Shown here: positions 59,580-64,000 of the stretch, piece after piece
How positions within the stretch are numbered: position 1 is the first letter of the stretch
Layout: the number at the start of each line of letters is the position of its first letter
Source of the DNA: Pseudovirgaria hyperparasitica
Taxonomy: Eukaryota
DNA: 64,000 nt
Direction: 5' to 3' (one strand)
Assembly: GCA_010093815.1 (NCBI GenBank)
Contig: ML996571.1
Notes under the pieces: model-generated
Told to the model about the DNA's origin: nothing
The model's input: the letters and a program-made list of their open reading frames with translations, nothing else
Databases searched by the model: none
Made by a program: the position numbers and the translations under genes

Positions 59580-60720
59580 CTAGCAAGAGAGAGCTTTCAG
59601 GAATCTTGTACTTGGGCTCCAATTAGACTGGAACGCACATATCGATGAGATTCGTAACATAACGAGATCGGTGAGCGCACTTGGCACCTTAGGGAGGTCA
59701 CCAACCAAGTACCGCGTAGAGTTTCGAACACTCTCGTTCAAAGTCGCGCACACAAAGGACTTCTTCAGGCGATATAAGCATGCCCAATCTCGCTATTTCG
59801 TCGTTTGGATTATGTACCGACAGGACGCCGATGCCGAAGGGGTCCAGGAACAAGTCATCAGCGCTTAGAAAGAACAGTAGCGTGAGCAGTGGACTCGCCT
59901 CATCACACGGTATTTGCACGGTTCGAAACGATGTTTCCCAGGTGGTCAGTATACTCGTGCTGTGCTGATGGATCAGAGATTCAGGCATCTGTGAGAGCAA
60001 CTCTCGCAGCCGCTCCTGATACTCGGGCACATGATTTTGGATGGAAGACTACAACTGCGACGTCTTAGATACGTACACGCCTGCCAGATTCACCGCAAGT
60101 GCGAGGCAGCCGATCTCGTCCACGATCTTCTGTCCGAGACTTCGACCGAGGTATCGCCCGCCTGATCGACCTGTGGTGACGTGTATAATAAGTCGACTGC
60201 CTCGCTTCTGCTCTTTTCTTCGACGTGAACATGCAATCTCGTCAGGCCCTTTGCGTGCTGTGTCGTGATGATAAGGTCTAGTAGAGGCTCCTGCAGCATA
60301 TATAGCGACTCAGGTCGACGTAGCTGTTATCAGTCTCGTCCTCAATCCCAGCCGGCGCTGTAGAATAGAATCTGCCAGCGATCACGTTAGCTCGAGAATC
60401 AGCTCTTTACAGCCATCACGGCGTCACCCACTACCACATCTACCTGTTCGGTTCTTGTCTGCACATCGAACAGTAGCTTTCATGTATATTCATCAAGTCT
60501 CGCGTGTAGTCTGCGCAGTACCGCCAGAGATAGACGAGCACCGGCTGTGTCTTGCCCACGCCGCCCAGGACCCATACTATGAAAGCTATTGGGTCATTAT
60601 CTTGCTCGTCGCGCGCGTGGTGGAAATGCTGCTCGATATTGGGAACGAACGTGGAGGGTTTCTCAAGCATGGTCCGGAATGGATGTACTAACACGGAACC
60701 CGTAACGCGGGGAAGCTTCA
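59580..60720 (-). pseudogene. Fragmented NB-ARC (STAND) NLR-like gene relic
   Basis: Collinear fragments in different frames: a P-loop 'IVWVLGGVGKTQPVLVY', then 'LIITTQ..EAVDLL', then a winged-helix-like 'SILTTWETSF..ASPLLTLLFFLSADDL'. Confidence 0.7.
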
Positions 60721-60841
60721 TAACCGCGGCCGTCAACAACATCCATCCGATGACTACGTGATATGCCATACGAAACAATGTAGACGCCTCAAGCACTTCC
60801 GCACCCGTTATCGCTCTTACAGCCCCTCGTCCCATCTCCGG

Positions 60842-61642
60842 ATGCCCCCAACAATGACATACCAGAACCTCACCATCGAGCGGCACGGCCAAGTCTTTGT
60901 CCTAACTCTACGCAAAGCCCCCGAGAACCGCATCGACTCAGGCTTCGCTCAGGAAATCATCCGCGCGCTTCGCGACATTGAGAAGGAACTGGGCCCGGGC
61001 GCTGAGGGCTGTGTCATTACACGAGGCAGCGACGAGAAGTTCTGGTGCACAGTGCGTCCTCAGTCCCCCACCTCCCGCACATAACTCACACATTACCTCA
61101 CACATATCCATATACAGGGCCTCGACCTCGACGAACCAGACACAAACCCACATGCCAACACCGACGGCTTCTACCCGCTCCTAGCCACGCTGCTGGACTA
61201 TCCCTTCCCGACCATTGCCCTGCTCACCGGCCACACCTTCGGCGGCGCATGCCCCCTTGCCCTCGCGCATGACTATCGCATCATGAACGCGTCGCGCGGT
61301 CTCTTTTCCATGCCGCCTGTCAACCTGGGGCTGCATTTTGAGGGTATCGGTGCGCTGCCGCGGCTCAAGCTGCATCCGCAAATTGCGCGCAAGATGCTCC
61401 TGGAGGCGCACAGATGGACGGGCAAGGAGGCCGTGCGGGATGGTGTTGTCGACGAGGTTGTCCAGCCGGGCCAGATGCTGGAGCGGGCGCTGGAGAAGGC
61501 CAGGGAGGTACAGGGTAGGAGTAAGATGGGGGTGTTTAGTTTGTTACGGGGGGAGTTGTACGGAGAGGCGGCGGAGAGGTTGAGGAAGATCAGTTATGTG
61601 CATGGGAAAGTGGTTATGAGGGCTTCTGGGGCGAAGATCTAA
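60842..61642 (+). CDS. Enoyl-CoA hydratase/isomerase (crotonase) family protein, probably a peroxisomal delta3,delta2-enoyl-CoA isomerase (2 exons)
   Basis: ATG 60842 or 60854. Intron 61052-61117 gives 'KFWCT|GLDL'. Motif 'PTIALLTGHTFGG..ALAHDYRIM'. C-terminal AKI is PTS1-like. Confidence 0.9.
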
Positions 61643-61809
61643 GTGGTATAATATGCCTTGGTAGGTATCCTGTCGATTATATGGGTAGGTCAAGAAAGTG
61701 AGGTAGGTATATATGTATATATATGCGTCTTAATCTGTCCATAAAGTCAATTTAACAAGATATGATCAATCTTGGGTGCCTTCTTACCGGCAGAGGACGG
61801 GAACATTGG

Positions 61810-63712
61810 TCAACTATCGGGCTTCTCAGTGGCCCTCACATGCTCCTTCTTTGCACTCGCGGGCTTTGGCTTCCTCAAAAGCCCCCTCTTCTTTTGCGCA
61901 TTGAGACTCCTTCTTTCCACCGGCGGATTTGGCGTATTTGTCATTGTATTATACGTACTCCCATCAGGCGTAACCTCTGTCTGTACTGTGCCCCATCCCT
62001 CACGGTACGTACTCTTCTCTGTACCCCTGGTGATATACCTGGGCCAGAGGTTGTGCGATCCTGTGGCGATATCCGTCCAACCAATCGCACGCTCGAAGAA
62101 CTCCAACGCCGCGAGAGGTTGATAGAACGGCACCCCATGCCCTGCTTCGTAGATCCGAACGAACGAGAATATGCCCGCTTGCCTGACCTGGCCATGCGTG
62201 ATACCGTCGGACGTTTGTATATCGACGAAACCGGCCGCGGAGTAGCCTGGCGCGTTGACCTTGTCTGCGACAACTTGGCCGCCGAGCCAATTACACACGT
62301 AGTCAGCATCACCAAAATAAAGTGACACCTGCACGCCTTGCCAAAGTAGGCTCTGGATGCCATGAATAGTGTCGGACTCGCGGCCATTATCACCAGTAGT
62401 ACCGAATGCTTCAGCCACAGTTTCAGAGCCTTCTGAAAAGTTCTGGAATGCCCCGATAGCAGACTGGACATGAGGTGTGTTGAGGTAGTCAATGTAATAC
62501 TCGTACGGGAATGGATCTGGAGTGAGGTAACGGATGTCGTATCCGTCACGGTCGGCGTAATCGTCGAGCATATTCTCCACATTTATGTAGCAATACTCGT
62601 CGGCATCGATGCAGTCTTCATCTGCACCGGACGCGTAGCACGTCTTCTCCTTTTCGACACAGTTTCCAGGTCCGTAGGTGTTGTCATGCATTAAAGCCTC
62701 GATCGATACGTCGAATGGGAAATGATCGTACGTGTTGCCAGGGAAGACCGTCATGTTAAACTGCGCAGGGTATTGTACAATGGGATCGAACCATCCATTG
62801 CCAATGAGCACAGACTTCAGGTCAATACGTTTAGTACCAGCCTTCGCCTCTCTGTTCTTCTTGAGGATATAGTCTGGAGCAGTTAGTTTGACTGCGAATA
62901 TGATACATGAGGACTCACCATTGAAGATCGGGCCGTAATGACCACCATAGCTCTCGGAAGCGAAGTGTATGTCATTTCCAGAGTATTGTGGGAATGCACC
63001 CATGAAGCCTTGTAGTGTTAAGTAGAAGTTCGGTGCAGCACTTGCAGTTGAAGTCGCGGTTAAGGCTCGATCCGGCAGCGAATATGTGCCACAGGTTGTG
63101 ATGCCTTCTGGACACACTGTACTGTCTAAGACAATGAATCTATCAGTATTAGGGTTAAGATACCCTGGAACTGGTATGGAGTAAGAGAAGCCAGTCTGAG
63201 TGGGCTGATCAATATACAACTATGGACTCTGTCAGTCTGACATAGTCTACGGGTGCGGAGATGTCAATGCTACCATATTAGAGACATTCGACCAAGAGTA
63301 AGGATTGTCCACCACAGCACCAGATTGGTCAATACCACAAGGTCCATTTTCCTGGAAAAGGCCGATCATAGAACTCGAACCAGGGCCTACAATAGATTGT
63401 GAGTTCCGGAAGTTCGGAAATACGTTGATATGTACCTCCGTTGATCCAAATGGTCAAGGGTGCCTCTTCCGGGTCAATGTTGCGTGCCTCGAAGAACCAA
63501 AAGAATATATGTTGGTCTTTGGCAACATCTGCATAACCGGCATAGCTCTTGACATACGATCTTGTTTCGCAGATACCGACAGGTACCTCTTTGTAGCGAA
63601 CGCTGACCCCAGCGTATCCCTGTTTAGTGGTGAGATCTGTCGGGGCCGGTACGAATTGTCCGACAGCTCCAATTGAAAGCACAAGAGCGACAAGGGATAT
63701 GACCATCATCAT
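61810..63712 (-). CDS. Secreted serine carboxypeptidase, family S10 (carboxypeptidase S1-like; 4 exons)
   Basis: Signal peptide. Introns 63387-63435, 63220-63273 and 62874-62918. Motifs are 'WINGG|PGSSSM', 'YIDQP', nucleophile '[10 protein letters not shown]', '[11 protein letters not shown]' and 'AGHGVP'. Confidence 0.93.
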
Positions 63713-64000
63713 GAATGGTGACCAAAAATCGAGTAGTCTTTGCGAAACGCGCTACTCAAACACTTGGAGTATTTGAAAGACGATGTGGAAAGAAGAATAT
63801 CCAGAATCAGACTTCGGCATGTACAATCCTAATGCATACAAGCTCAATCTGGGCCGAAATTTTAATGGAGAAAATAGGCTTAATCTACCCCTCGAAAAGA
63901 TTACCAGGATATCAAGATTATAACCTAAGTTTAGACATAATTGAGACTTATATCTCGGCCGTAGGCCAAATTTCGATTTTGGCTATATACCTCAATTTAT

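Larger units (their letters stand above)
50700..60720. mobile_element. Accessory island / decayed mobile-cargo-like region with RIP signature (no transposase or tyrosine recombinase seen)
   Basis: Lower GC than the flanking genes, TpA-rich tracts (about 52200-53130 and 57280-57770), and three of four genes disrupted, several by TAG/TAA/TGA stops explicable as C->T changes. Boundaries are approximate. Confidence 0.45.

Noticed and set aside
2047..61642. Peroxisomal lipid gene cluster (SCP2, PXA1, crotonase)
   Set aside because: The genes are about 26-30 kb apart with many unrelated genes between them, so chance co-location is sufficient.
62874..62918. 15-aa insertion '[15 protein letters not shown]' in the carboxypeptidase ORF
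   Set aside because: It is a 45-bp stop-free in-frame intron (GTGAGT..CTAAC..CAG).
1..64000. tRNA, rRNA, snRNA genes, an intact transposase, or a Starship captain
   Set aside because: No cloverleaf with A/B boxes, rRNA-like sequence, or DDE/RT/tyrosine-recombinase motifs were recognised by eye. tRNAscan-SE, Infernal and HMM searches would be needed to exclude them formally.

Overview
Eukaryotic, gene-dense DNA from a filamentous ascomycete (Pezizomycotina). The evidence is short GT..AG introns with CTAAC/CTRAY branch points and fungal orthologue families. About 23 intact or near-intact protein genes could be reconstructed by hand, most with exact intron boundaries. They include peroxisomal SCP2, a UIM-tailed GT1 sterol-glucosyltransferase-like protein next to an arrestin-like protein, an APH-like kinase, a membrane DnaJ protein, RPA43, a Zn-ADH, a secreted beta-propeller, PXA1, a CNT nucleoside transporter, xylitol dehydrogenase, a Ysc84/SYLF protein, NUP85, a crotonase and an S10 carboxypeptidase. 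Three accessory-looking patches interrupt this core. (i) About 13.7-17.3 kb holds decayed ORF relics. (ii) About 24.4-27.0 kb holds an orphan gene whose N-terminal motif pattern recalls Tne2-type NADase toxins, fused to a 7x18-aa charged helical repeat. (iii) About 50.7-60.7 kb is a TpA-rich island with an FHA-kinase interrupted by one TAG, a convergent SAP-domain gene, an APH pseudogene and an NB-ARC (NLR) relic; the kinase and APH lesions are largely RIP-type. Clear regulatory motif clusters are also visible: FarA-type CCGAGG upstream of SCP2, and XlnR/CreA-type sites upstream of xylitol dehydrogenase. I recognised no rRNA, tRNA, CRISPR array or intact transposase. All homology calls come from motif recognition by eye, not from database searches.
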